A stretch of 64,000 nucleotides of DNA from Candidatus Eiseniibacteriota bacterium (GCA_031370785.1 JANMQY010000144.1:1-64000), one strand, 5' to 3'. Numbered from the stretch's first letter, positions 1-9,263 are shown. Notes: generated by a model not told the origin, from the sequence alone. Numbers and translations: made by a program.

Positions 1-1
1 C

Positions 2-1735
2 GTCCACGTTCGTGATGACTTCAGCAAGGTTTTCGACCGGATCGGGGTAGCCCTGCTTCCACGTCGCATCGATCCCGAGCGGGCCGCGGCACTCGAGCCA
101 CGCACCACGGGTCTCGACGGCGGCTGGCACGATGTCGCGCGCGCAGTCGAAGCGCGTGAAGATGCCCCACAGCAGCATCTCGTCGTCTTCGAGCGGAACA
201 TCCGCACTTACCGCGACGATCAGGCGCACGGCAGCGTACTCGGGCTGCCGGACCATCCGCTCGATCACTGCGCGCCCTCCGCCCGCGACCTGCACCACCA
301 GCATGCCGCCCCATGCGAGGCGGTGCGCCTTCACTTCGGGCGCATGCTGGCGCGGATCGGCGATCGCGGTCAGCGGCGGCGCGGGCGCGCGGCCGGGCTT
401 GCTCTGCGCATCGAGCACCATCTTGCTGCCGAGATTCATCGTGTAGCTGGTGAAGTCGAGAGTGTCGAGCGGCACGCCCGGCAGCAGGAGGAAGTCCTCG
501 GCCGGATCGAAGTTCCTCGCGAGCGCGGCGAACACCGCGGCGCGATCGCGAGGATGGACGCCGGCGTCCACCAGGATGATCGCCTTGGTGAGCGAGAGCT
601 GCCCGGTGCCCATCAGTCCGAGCGCGGTCTTCTTCGCCTCCTTCGCGAAGCGATTCTCAACCGCGACCACCAGCAGATTGTGGAATCCGGCTTCGAAGTA
701 GGCCCACAGGTCGCGGATCTCGGGATGGATCACCTTGAGCACGCCGGTGAACATCTCCTGCACCGCCTCGCCCATGAACTTGTCCTCCTGGGGCGGCTTG
801 CCCACCACGCTCGCCTGGAACACCGGCTTTCTGCGATGCGTCACATTCTTGACGTGGAAGACCGGGAAGGGCGCGGCGTGCGAGTAGTGGCCGAAGTGAT
901 CGCCGAACGGGCCCTCGAGGTGGCGCTCGTTGGGCGGCACGATGCCCTCGATTACGAACTCGACGTCGGCCGGTACCAGCATGCGCAGCGACCGCGAGCG
1001 AGAGAGCCGCGTCGGTGAGCCGCGCAGGAAGCCCGCGAACGCCAGCTCGTCGATTCCTTCGGGCAGCGGCGCCACCGCGGAGAGCAGGGTCGCGGGATCG
1101 GCGCCGACCGCGACCGCGACTTCGAGCGGCTCGCCGCGCTTCTCGGCGACGTGAAAGTGAAACCCTCCGCCTTTGCCGATCTGCCAGTGCATGCCGGTGG
1201 TCCTGGCGTCGTAGAGGTGCATGCGGTAGATCCCGAGGTTGCGCTTGTGCGTGTCGGGATCTTCGCTGAGCGCGAGCGGGAAGGTGATGAAGCGCCCGCC
1301 GTCCTTTGGCCATAGCTGCAGGATCGGAAGCGACTCGAGACTGGGCCCGAGCTGATGAGTCTGAGCCGGACCCATGGTGAGTTGCTTCGGGCGCGAGGCC
1401 AGGATGCGTCGCGCGCTGCCGCGCAGGCGCCACAGGTCGGCAAGACCCTTCGGCGGCAGCGTGTGGAAGATCTCCTCGATTTCGGCGCCGACCGAAGCCG
1501 CGCTGCGGCCGATCGCCCATTCGATCCGGCGTCGCGCCGCCAGCACGTTGACCGCGAGCGGAAACCGGGCGCCGCGCACGTTCTCGAACAGCAGAGCAGG
1601 CCCTTCGTTCCGGGCCTCGCGGCATGCGATCTCGGTGATCTCGAATGCCCAGTCCACCTCGCGCTTCACGCGCTTGAGATCGCCGCGACGCTCGAGATCG
1701 GAGAGGAATTCGCCCAGCGAGCGGAAGCCGGTCAC
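2..1735 (-). CDS. ubiD: UbiD-family decarboxylase (menaquinone/futalosine MqnL-like), 3' end truncated by window edge
   Basis: Not in ORF track (no stop inside window). Manual translation from GTG 1735 overlapping the ubiX stop: MTGFRSLGEFLSDLERRGDLKRVKREVDWAFEITE..., RNLGIYRM, EGPFGDHFGHYS, near end DATWKQGYPDPV. Confidence 0.9.
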   Translation of the reverse strand, partial: MTGFRSLGEFLSDLERRGDLKRVKREVDWAFEITEIACREARNEGPALLFENVRGARFPLAVNVLAARRRIEWAIGRSAASVGAEIEEIFHTLPPKGLADLWRLRGSARRILASRPKQLTMGPAQTHQLGPSLESLPILQLWPKDGGRFITFPLALSEDPDTHKRNLGIYRMHLYDARTTGMHWQIGKGGGFHFHVAEKRGEPLEVAVAVGADPATLLSAVAPLPEGIDELAFAGFLRGSPTRLSRSRSLRMLVPADVEFVIEGIVPPNERHLEGPFGDHFGHYSHAAPFPVFHVKNVTHRRKPVFQASVVGKPPQEDKFMGEAVQEMFTGVLKVIHPEIRDLWAYFEAGFHNLLVVAVENRFAKEAKKTALGLMGTGQLSLTKAIILVDAGVHPRDRAAVFAALARNFDPAEDFLLLPGVPLDTLDFTSYTMNLGSKMVLDAQSKPGRAPAPPLTAIADPRQHAPEVKAHRLAWGGMLVVQVAGGGRAVIERMVRQPEYAAVRLIVAVSADVPLEDDEMLLWGIFTRFDCARDIVPAAVETRGAWLECRGPLGIDATWKQGYPDPVENLAEVITNVD

Positions 1736-2286
1736 TCCAGCTCCGCGTCGCGCCAGCCGTCGCCCGCCGCCTCGCCCAGCACCCCGAGCACCTTGTCGGT
1801 GAAGCCGCGCACCAGCTCGTCCATATTCTTCGGGTTCCGGTACCAGGGCGGCGAGATCGGCATCACCACCACGCCTTCACGCGACAGCTTGAGCGCGTTC
1901 TCGAGCGCAATGCTCGAGAGCGGCGTCTCACGAACGCACACCACGAGGCGCATGCGTTCCTTGAGCGCAACCGAAGCGGCGCGGGTGATCAGCGTGTCGG
2001 CGATTCCCGCCGCGATCTTGGCCAGGGTGCTCGCACTGCACGGAATGATCACGAATGCCGCATAGCGATTGCTCCCGGAAGCGAAAGGCGCTGCGAGGTC
2101 GGCATCGGCGTAGACCTTCTTCACGTGCGGCTCGAGGTCGGAGGGCTTGAGACCGGTCTCGGAGTGCAGCACCTGGCGCGCCCAGTCGGAGAGCACCAGA
2201 TACTTCTCTCCGGGGCACTGCTTCACGAAGTCCACGCCGAACACGCTGCCCGAGGCGCCGGTCATTCCGATCAGATAGCGCGCCAC
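1732..2286 (-). CDS. ubiX: Flavin prenyltransferase UbiX
   Basis: GMTGASG, PCSASTLAKIAAGIADTLITRAA, RETPL motifs; between ubiA and ubiD. Confidence 0.93.
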   Translation of the reverse strand: MARYLIGMTGASGSVFGVDFVKQCPGEKYLVLSDWARQVLHSETGLKPSDLEPHVKKVYADADLAAPFASGSNRYAAFVIIPCSASTLAKIAAGIADTLITRAASVALKERMRLVVCVRETPLSSIALENALKLSREGVVVMPISPPWYRNPKNMDELVRGFTDKVLGVLGEAAGDGWRDAELE

Positions 2287-3195
2287 CTAGAACCCTCCTC
2301 CCGCGAGCCGGGCGAGGAGCACGATCGCAAGCACCGCGAAGCCCACCCACACGTTCACCTTGAAGAACGCGAGGTTCACGTCCTCCGCCCACTTCTGCTC
2401 GAGCCTGAGCAGGAAGTTCGTGACCACGCACAGCAGGAACGGCGCGATGACCAGTGGCAGTGACTTCCCTGCGAGCGGGCCGACCAGCAGGATCGCAATC
2501 GGAATCAGGAGGTAGGAGGCCAGATTGTGGAGCATCGCCGAGACGCGCAGCGCACGTGTGCGCCCGAGCCACGCGACCATCGAGTGCACGCCGTTCGCAC
2601 GATCGAAATCCTCATCGAGAGTCGCGTAGATGATGTCGAAGCCCGTGACCCACACCAGCGCGAACGCGGCCAGCCACAGCGCCACCGCCGGGTACGCGAG
2701 ATCGGGATGCGCGGCCGCGTAGCCGGCGAGAGGCGCGAGCGCAAGCGCTGCGCCCACTCCAAAGTGACAGAACGGCGTGAAGCGCTTGAGGTAGGGATAG
2801 AGCGTGAACACCGCGAGCGGCACCGGCGATACCCTGAGAAACCAGGGCCCGAGCGTCGCGCACGCGGCGACGTAGGCAGCGACGCTCGCCACGAGCAGCG
2901 CCCACGCTTCGAAGAGCTTCATCTTTCCGCTCGGAAGCTCGCGCGCCCGGGTGCGCGGATTGAGCGAGTCGAGCCGGCGATCGACGAGTCGATTGATTGC
3001 CATGGCGGCGGTGCGCGCGCCCACCGCCGCGATCAGGAGCAGCCCCCAGCGCTTCGGGCTCAGCGCCGGCCCGGGAGCGCTGAACACTCCGGCCAGGATC
3101 AGCGGCAGCGAGAACAGAGTGTGCTCGAAGCGCACGACCGAGGCGGACGTGCGCGCGCGGGACAGCGGAGTGGTGGGCTGGGGAACGCTGGCCAT
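2287..3195 (-). CDS. ubiA: UbiA-like polyprenyltransferase (MqnP-type)
   Basis: RFEHTLFSLP, NRLVDRRLDSLNPRT..RELPSG, GFDIIYATLDEDFD; multiple TM helices; ATG 3195 chosen as start. Confidence 0.9.
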   Translation of the reverse strand: MASVPQPTTPLSRARTSASVVRFEHTLFSLPLILAGVFSAPGPALSPKRWGLLLIAAVGARTAAMAINRLVDRRLDSLNPRTRARELPSGKMKLFEAWALLVASVAAYVAACATLGPWFLRVSPVPLAVFTLYPYLKRFTPFCHFGVGAALALAPLAGYAAAHPDLAYPAVALWLAAFALVWVTGFDIIYATLDEDFDRANGVHSMVAWLGRTRALRVSAMLHNLASYLLIPIAILLVGPLAGKSLPLVIAPFLLCVVTNFLLRLEQKWAEDVNLAFFKVNVWVGFAVLAIVLLARLAGGGF

Positions 3196-3246
3196 GGGCT
3201 CTCGGGGCGCGCCGGGAAGCACCCCGGCGAACGCGGACCGCAGAGA

Positions 3247-4038
3247 CTAGGCGGCGGCGCGTCCCCCGTCGAGAAGATTTCCATCCGGCGAGGAATCCAC
3301 CGATCCGCAGGAGTCGGGCGCCGCCTCTGGCGGCGAGGAACCGTGCATCCCGGACTCGGGCTCGGAAGGCAGCTCTGCCAATCCAGCGAGAACGGTATCG
3401 ATCGAGAGACAGAGCGTAGGCAGCTCGGGCGTGAGCCGCTGCGGCACCGAGGCGAACTCGCCGAGCTCGACCGTCGCGCCCGCCAGCGCCACCGTCTCAC
3501 GAGCGGTGGAACCGCTCCCGACCGCCCAGCGGACCTGCCCGAACACCACGATCCAGCGCAGGTGGTTGCCCGCCTCCAGCTCGCATGCCTCGAGGTCGAA
3601 CAGTCGCAGGCGCGAAGCCTCCGCGGCGCGAGAGAACGCCGCCGGTGCGAGGCTCAGCAGCATGGCCGAGGTGGTTGCGGCCGCCGGGTCGACCGGCGCC
3701 GAGCCGCGCTGGGCCAGCGAGAGGAACCACTGGTGCATGGCCATGTAGCGCTTCGCATGCTGGGCGCTGGTCGGGTGCAGCTCGTCGAGCCGGCGTTGCG
3801 TTGCCATCGCGCCGATCAGATCGCCGCGTCCGACCGCGAGCGGCAGCATGCGCTCGTACTGAAGCAGGGCAAGCCCGCGGTTGTCGAGCTTGACGTACAG
3901 CTCGGCCAGCAGAAAGCGCGCGGCCAGATCGTGCGGATCCTCGTCCACCACGGGGCGCGCCATCCGGACACACTCGTACCAATCGCGCTCGCGATAGGGA
4001 ACCAGGATGTCCTGCCAGAGCGCGTGGTTTGGATTCAC
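3247..4038 (-). CDS. Hypothetical protein, N-terminal TPR-like, possibly degenerate cNMP-binding-like C-terminal half
   Basis: DPHDLAARFLLAELYVKL TPR-like helices; co-oriented upstream of ubiA. Confidence 0.6.
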   Translation of the reverse strand: MNPNHALWQDILVPYRERDWYECVRMARPVVDEDPHDLAARFLLAELYVKLDNRGLALLQYERMLPLAVGRGDLIGAMATQRRLDELHPTSAQHAKRYMAMHQWFLSLAQRGSAPVDPAAATTSAMLLSLAPAAFSRAAEASRLRLFDLEACELEAGNHLRWIVVFGQVRWAVGSGSTARETVALAGATVELGEFASVPQRLTPELPTLCLSIDTVLAGLAELPSEPESGMHGSSPPEAAPDSCGSVDSSPDGNLLDGGRAAA

Positions 4039-4315
4039 CGGCGGTACCCCTGAAGGCTGCGAAAGGCGGGTGGCAAGGACGGAGTCTTGGGAAGAGGTAT
4101 CGGCAATTGGAGGGCGCCGCTGAAGGGTGCCCCGAGGCCCCGCGGGGCCCCTGTTCCGCAGTCACCGACAGCGTTCCGCCCGCCCGGGAGGCGCTCCGAA
4201 TCGCATCTCGTTCATGTTGCGGCTGCGGCGCTCTGCTATCCTTCCCGCCGGTTCCTGCCGCAGGAGCGCTCCTTGGCTCGCGCGGCCCATTGGTCCCGAG
4301 ATCCGTCATCGCGCC

Positions 4316-5119
4316 ATGACCGTTCCCAGCTGGCCCCTGCAGAGAATCTGCGCGCTCATGCTCGTTCCCGCGCTGCTCGGGATCGGAGTTCACGCTGCGT
4401 GCGCCCAACGCGCCTCGATCCCGGGACGCTCGGCGGCGACGCGCCGGACTGCCGCACGCGAAGCCACCGAGATCGGCACCGTCCAGTTCGACGCCATCCG
4501 CGCGATCGAATTCGACGCTGGCGACGGTGCGGTCGAATTGGACGCTGGCGACGGTGCGACCACCCTGTCCTATCCGGGAGAGGTGCACGCGGGCGAGGTT
4601 GTCGAACTGCGCTGGTCGACCCCTCCGGCTGACGTCGAGGAGCTCGAGGTCATGCTCTCGCTGGACGGCGGCCGGACCTACGACGTGCGCATCTCGCCCG
4701 AAATCGATCCGCGCGCAAGAGTGTGGCGCTGGCGCGTGCCCAACCTGCCGTCTTCCGAGGCCCGCCTCCGCCTGCGTCTGGGATCGAGACGCGGCGAGCG
4801 CGAGGGTGCGCCGACGCGCGCGTTCACCATCCTGGGCGCCAGCGACCGACCCATCGAGCGGCGCCAGGTGCATGAGGGCCATTGGTGGGATGGCCCCGAC
4901 GCCTTCGAACGCGTCGTCGCGCCCGCATCACTCGGGGCATCGGGAGAGTCGATTCAGTCCTCGGCACCGGAGCGCGCCGCGGCGCTTCCGCCGCGGGCGC
5001 CCGACGTCGCGCCCCGAACGGCGGCCTCCGAGCCCGCTTCGATTACGAACGTCATCGACTCAAGCACGTCTGCATCGGACGCGCCGCGCGCCGCGAGGTT
5101 CTTTCCGCTCAGGAATTGA
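4316..5119 (+). CDS. Exported hypothetical protein with Ig-like domain
   Basis: Signal-like N-terminus; GEVVELRWS...LSLDGGRTY...WRWRVPNLPSSEARLRL beta-sandwich pattern; upstream of TonB receptor. Confidence 0.65.
   Translation: MTVPSWPLQRICALMLVPALLGIGVHAACAQRASIPGRSAATRRTAAREATEIGTVQFDAIRAIEFDAGDGAVELDAGDGATTLSYPGEVHAGEVVELRWSTPPADVEELEVMLSLDGGRTYDVRISPEIDPRARVWRWRVPNLPSSEARLRLRLGSRRGEREGAPTRAFTILGASDRPIERRQVHEGHWWDGPDAFERVVAPASLGASGESIQSSAPERAAALPPRAPDVAPRTAASEPASITNVIDSSTSASDAPRAARFFPLRN
4506..4559 (+). repeat. 27-bp in-frame tandem duplication (IEFDAGDGA / VELDAGDGA)
   Basis: tcgaattcgacgctggcgacggtgcgg then tcgaattggacgctggcgacggtgcga. Confidence 0.8.
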
Positions 5120-5179
5120 ATGGCCCGTCGAACCAATTGGATGTCGACGACGCTCACTTCTTTCGAGAGGACCTCTTCC

Positions 5180-7357
5180 ATGATCACGCACGGACGAGCC
5201 GCCGCATGGCGGGCTCGCGATGGGATGATGCTGGCGGCCGCCCTCGCCGTACTGCTCCCGGCCGCATTCGCGCCGCGGACCGCTGAGGCCGCTGACGACG
5301 CACCGATGTCCATGAAGCACGATTCGACGAAGTACGAGATCGTGGTGTCCGCGACGCGGCGGATCAGCGATCCCGTCAATATTCCGAACGCCGCCTCGGT
5401 GGTGAGCGGGACCGAACTGCGCCGGCGCGGCGCGCACACCCTTGCCGACGCGCTGCTCGACCTCGTCGGCCTCGACACTGGCGACGGCTCGGACAACGGA
5501 ATGCGCCTGCCGAATATCGGAATGTGGGGCCTCAAGGAATTCGATGCCCTGCTCATTACGGTGGACGGCGTGCCGGTCGGCGGGCCGTTCAATCCTTCGC
5601 TCGCTCAGATTCCGATCGAAGACATCGAGCGACTCGAGGTGGTGAAGGGTCCACAGGGCACGCTCTATGGCGTCTCGGCGTTCGCCGGGATGGTGCAGGT
5701 CTTCACGCGCGCGAGCGAGGACGGTCGAGGGCATGTGACCGGGGGCGGTGGCTCTTTCTCGGAGGTGCACGGCGACGCCACGTACAACCGATCATTCCCA
5801 AATGGCGTCGGTACCCGGTTGAGTGCGGCCGCCCGTCATTCGGACGGATGGCAGGAGCGAACCGGGAGCGAGGTCGGCCGTATCGGGCTGCTGCTGTCGA
5901 GGAACGTGGGCAAGGCGGAGCTGAGCCTCGATCTGATCGGCATCACCGACGATCAGAAGTGGGGCACGCCGATGCCTTACGACGCGGGACAGCGGCTCCT
6001 GGGCTTCGAGACCGATGCGAACTACGCGGTGCGTGGCGCCCATCTCGAACATCAGGTGTTGAGCGCGGTGTCGCGCCTCGGGATCGCGGTGGAGGAGCGC
6101 CACCGATTCGAGAACACGCTCAGCTTTACGCGCGACAATCAGACTTCGATACGCAGCTTTCCCGACGCCGTTTCTGGCGACACGGTGACTTCTGCCGGGG
6201 TAAAGCTCGAACCGATCGAGACGTCCGTCTACGAAGACGCCCGCTGGCTCTCGGACTTCAAGCTCGGCGGCGACCATCGGCTGGTGGGCGGAGCCGCGAT
6301 TACCTACGGGCGCACCACCGCGACCGGGATCGGCTTCGACTTCGATCAGCTGCTTTCGGACCGCTCGAGCATCCCCGATCTCTCCACCATTCCTATCGGC
6401 GACAATCGTTCATTCGAGGACACCCGCACGTTCTTCGGTGTCTACGCCCACGATGAATGGACTCCGGCCGCGCGGCTCACGCTTTCCGGCGGCGGGCGCT
6501 ACGACAATGCGTCAGAAAGGCTCCACGCGTTCGGCCAGGAGGTCGGTGACACGGCTACCATCTCCGACGATTCCAAGACGACCGGTGCATGGTCGGGCGA
6601 CATCGCTGCGCTGGTGCGACTGGCTCCGACCGGCGCAAAGGCGCTCGAAGCGCTCAATGTCTATGCGAACTTCAAGAGCTCCTTTAAGCCTGCGGCCCCG
6701 AACCTGACCGAGGCGGAAAACGCGCAGATCCTCGAGCCGGAGCGCAGCCACTCGCTGGAGGGCGGGATCAAGGCACGCGCATTCGACCGACAGGTTGCGC
6801 TGAACTTCGCGTGGTTTCAGATGGACTTCGAGAACATGGTGGTCTCGAATCTCGACACTCTGGGCAACCCGCAGCTGCTCAACGCCGGGCATGAGCGTTT
6901 CAAGGGCCAGGAGGTGGACATCACACTTTCTCCGGCAGCCCTGCCCGGCCTTTCGCTCAACGCCGGCTATGCGCATCACGACCCGCGCTTCGTTCAGTTC
7001 ACTTTCGTCACCCCCGATGGGCAGTTCCGCAACGTCAGCGGAAAGTTTCTCGAGCTGGCACCGCGCGATCTGTTCAACGCGAGGCTCGGCTACCAGGACC
7101 CGCATGGAATCGGCGCCTGGATCGCCACGCGTCGCCAGGGCGTACGCGCGCTCACTCGTCGCAACACATTCTTCACCGAAGCCTTTACCGAATACGACGC
7201 CGGGGCGAGCTGTGAATTCGGAAAGGTTCTGCTCACCGTCGTCGGTCGAAACCTCGGCGATGATCGCCACATCGTGGGCGAGAGCGACATCGGCGACTCG
7301 CAGTTCTATCTGGCGCCGCCGCGCCGGGTGAATGCCGAGGTCACACTTCGTTTCTGA
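5180..7357 (+). CDS. TonB-dependent outer membrane receptor
   Basis: TonB-box-like EIVVSAT, plug motif IERLEVVKGPQGTLYG, C-terminal Phe (VTLRF); GAGAGGA RBS before ATG 5180. Confidence 0.93.
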   Translation: MITHGRAAAWRARDGMMLAAALAVLLPAAFAPRTAEAADDAPMSMKHDSTKYEIVVSATRRISDPVNIPNAASVVSGTELRRRGAHTLADALLDLVGLDTGDGSDNGMRLPNIGMWGLKEFDALLITVDGVPVGGPFNPSLAQIPIEDIERLEVVKGPQGTLYGVSAFAGMVQVFTRASEDGRGHVTGGGGSFSEVHGDATYNRSFPNGVGTRLSAAARHSDGWQERTGSEVGRIGLLLSRNVGKAELSLDLIGITDDQKWGTPMPYDAGQRLLGFETDANYAVRGAHLEHQVLSAVSRLGIAVEERHRFENTLSFTRDNQTSIRSFPDAVSGDTVTSAGVKLEPIETSVYEDARWLSDFKLGGDHRLVGGAAITYGRTTATGIGFDFDQLLSDRSSIPDLSTIPIGDNRSFEDTRTFFGVYAHDEWTPAARLTLSGGGRYDNASERLHAFGQEVGDTATISDDSKTTGAWSGDIAALVRLAPTGAKALEALNVYANFKSSFKPAAPNLTEAENAQILEPERSHSLEGGIKARAFDRQVALNFAWFQMDFENMVVSNLDTLGNPQLLNAGHERFKGQEVDITLSPAALPGLSLNAGYAHHDPRFVQFTFVTPDGQFRNVSGKFLELAPRDLFNARLGYQDPHGIGAWIATRRQGVRALTRRNTFFTEAFTEYDAGASCEFGKVLLTVVGRNLGDDRHIVGESDIGDSQFYLAPPRRVNAEVTLRF

Positions 7358-7361
7358 TGGA

Positions 7362-7432
7362 CGGGTACACCGCGCTGCCGCGGTGCACTCCTCACTCGAG
7401 CCCGGTTCGCCCGCAACGGCGGACCGGGTTTC
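7362..7432 (+). terminator. Tandem hairpins after the TonB receptor stop
   Basis: gtacaccgcg/cgcggtgcac stem, then gagcccggttcgcc-cgcaac-ggcggaccgggtttc. Confidence 0.55.
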
Positions 7433-7888
7433 GCATTCAGGGGTGAAACTCCCCCGCTTGCTCCAGCTGCCTGGGATGCGCTCTGCGCGTCCAACTGCTC
7501 GCTCCGATTCCCCGACTGACAAGGCAGCGGAGGTGGGTCCACATCGGCCAACCGGCCCCCGATTACGATCAACCTCCGCGGAACCCGGCCGCCGCCCCTT
7601 GCCTGTCGTGGTCGAGATCTTTCGACCTCGACCGAGTCCTATCGCAAGGCGCGGACCACTCGCTCGCGTTTCCCGATTCGGCTCGCAACGCGTTGCAGTT
7701 GCACTGTTCGAAAACCTCGCGTCCCATCCAGCGCGTGACCAGGCGCAGCGCCGGAGTGTCAACGCCATGAGCGTCAGTGTCGCCAGGTTGACGAGGCGTG
7801 AATGCCGGACACGAGTCGCCGGCGCCATCCAGCAGTGCTATCCGCCTCCCCGCGACGAGCTACCTGCAGACCCCTTCGAATTGACCCC

Positions 7889-7917
7889 TTGACGCGTGCA
7901 CGGGTGTGCACCATATT
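7889..7917 (+). promoter_or_regulatory. lexA sigma70-type promoter with putative LexA box TGCAC-GGGT-GTGCA (7897-7910) in the spacer
   Basis: TTGACG (7889-7894), 17 bp, CATATT (7912-7917); perfect N4-spaced palindrome matching the Fibrobacter-type box TGCNC-N4-GTGCA. Confidence 0.8.
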
Positions 7918-7973
7918 ACGGACGTGCCGGGTCCATCACCGGACCTCGAGAGGTTCCAGGAGGGCTGTGGATC

Positions 7974-8585
7974 ATGTTGACCGACCGTGCGCGCGAGATC
8001 CTCAAATTCATTCAGCGATCGACGCGAGAAAAGGGCTACCCGCCGACCATCCGCGAGATCGGCGAGGCCTTCCAGATCTCATCCACGAACGGTGTCCGCC
8101 ACTATCTCAACGTGCTGGAGAAATCGGGCCATCTGCGTCGCGTCGGAAAGATCTCCCGCGGTCTCATGCCGGTCGGACTTCAGGAGGCTCCTCGTCCGCG
8201 CACCGGCATTCCGGTCCTGGGACGTGTCGCCGCCGGTCAGCCGATCCTTGCTGAGGAATCGTTCGACGATTCCCTCGACCCTGGCCAGATGTTCGGAGAT
8301 ATCAGCGGTGTCTTTGCCCTTCGGGTGCGCGGTGACAGCATGGTTGGCGCGGGGATCCTCGAGAACGACTACGTGATCGTGCGTCAGCAGGAGCGCGCCG
8401 TAGCCGGTGAGATCGTGGTCGCGCTGCTCGGCGAAGAGGCGACCGTCAAGTACTATCAGCCGCGTCGCGGATCGATCGAGCTGGTCGCCGCAAACGAGAA
8501 GTACCGACCGATCGTGGTTGGCGAAGATGCGGAATTTCGAATCCTCGGGATCGTGAAGGGAGTGATTCGAACCGTCGGACGCTAA
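7974..8585 (+). CDS. lexA: SOS repressor LexA
   Basis: wHTH GYPPTIREIG..STNGVR, cleavage site VAAG, catalytic GDSM and ATVK; AGGAGG RBS. Confidence 0.97.
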   Translation: MLTDRAREILKFIQRSTREKGYPPTIREIGEAFQISSTNGVRHYLNVLEKSGHLRRVGKISRGLMPVGLQEAPRPRTGIPVLGRVAAGQPILAEESFDDSLDPGQMFGDISGVFALRVRGDSMVGAGILENDYVIVRQQERAVAGEIVVALLGEEATVKYYQPRRGSIELVAANEKYRPIVVGEDAEFRILGIVKGVIRTVGR

Positions 8586-8608
8586 GCCCACATCACAATG
8601 ATTTACCC

Positions 8609-8631
8609 ACGGGAGCGTGGCTCCCGTTTTT
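8609..8631 (+). terminator. Intrinsic terminator after lexA
   Basis: acgggagc-gtg-gctcccgt followed by T run. Confidence 0.75.
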
Positions 8632-8642
8632 CAGGTGTCAGA

Positions 8643-8660
8643 GTTGCACATTCGTTCAAC
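8643..8660 (+). promoter_or_regulatory. Second putative LexA box (GTTGCAC-ATTC-GTTCAAC) upstream of the TnpA-like gene
   Basis: Core TGCAC-N4-GTTCA differs at one position from the lexA promoter site; lies in a weak GTGTCA-17-AACACT promoter candidate. Confidence 0.62.
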
Positions 8661-8683
8661 ACTCCCCGCAGGAGGGCAGGACC

Positions 8684-9142
8684 GTGAACCGCAAGATGGC
8701 TCCCGAAGTGAAAGATGCGTTGCTGACCAGCTGGGAGCCGCTCTACCGAAGCCGGCTGCATTACCTCGTGACCTGGAGCACGCGCGGGCGTCGGCCGGTG
8801 CTGCGGGATCGTCATGTGAGCGCGATCGAGCAGCTGGTGCAGCAGGCCTGCGATGAGCGCGGCTTCGCGCTCGTCGATGTCGTTGCAGGCTCCGATCACG
8901 TCCACGTGCTTCTGGGCCTGCGCCCATCGCACAGCATCTCCAGCGTGGTTCGCGAGATCAAAGGCCGCTCGGGCATGGCGATCCTCGCGCAGTTTCCCGA
9001 GCTGCGCGTGTGGCTCCACGGCAATCTCGTCTGGGATGAGCGCTACTCTGTCGAGACCGTGAGTCCCACTCGCATCGAGAAGGTGCGCGAACGGCTGCGC
9101 AATATTCACGCGCTGCCGGCGGAGTTCGCCCGAGCGAGCTGA
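8684..9142 (+). CDS. IS200/IS605 TnpA (Y1 HUH)-like protein lacking the catalytic Tyr
   Basis: LHYLVTWSTRGRRPVL, DHVHVLL (HUH), IKGRS, VWDERYSVETVS; C-terminal helix reads KVRERLRNIH instead of ..YI.NQ; AGGAGG RBS. Confidence 0.85.
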   Translation: MNRKMAPEVKDALLTSWEPLYRSRLHYLVTWSTRGRRPVLRDRHVSAIEQLVQQACDERGFALVDVVAGSDHVHVLLGLRPSHSISSVVREIKGRSGMAILAQFPELRVWLHGNLVWDERYSVETVSPTRIEKVRERLRNIHALPAEFARAS

Positions 9143-9263
9143 ATCGCGAGCGCGAGATTTCCGCAATCAATCTCCCCGCGGAAACGACCTCGGAAAAAGA
9201 AGCGACCCGGAGCGGTAGGCGTAGCCATGCACCATGGAGGATGCGCCGCTCCGGGCTCGCGTC

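Noticed and set aside
8586..9263. Active IS200/IS605 insertion sequence
   Set aside because: Catalytic Tyr/Gln absent, no tnpB, and no matching left/right end hairpins identified
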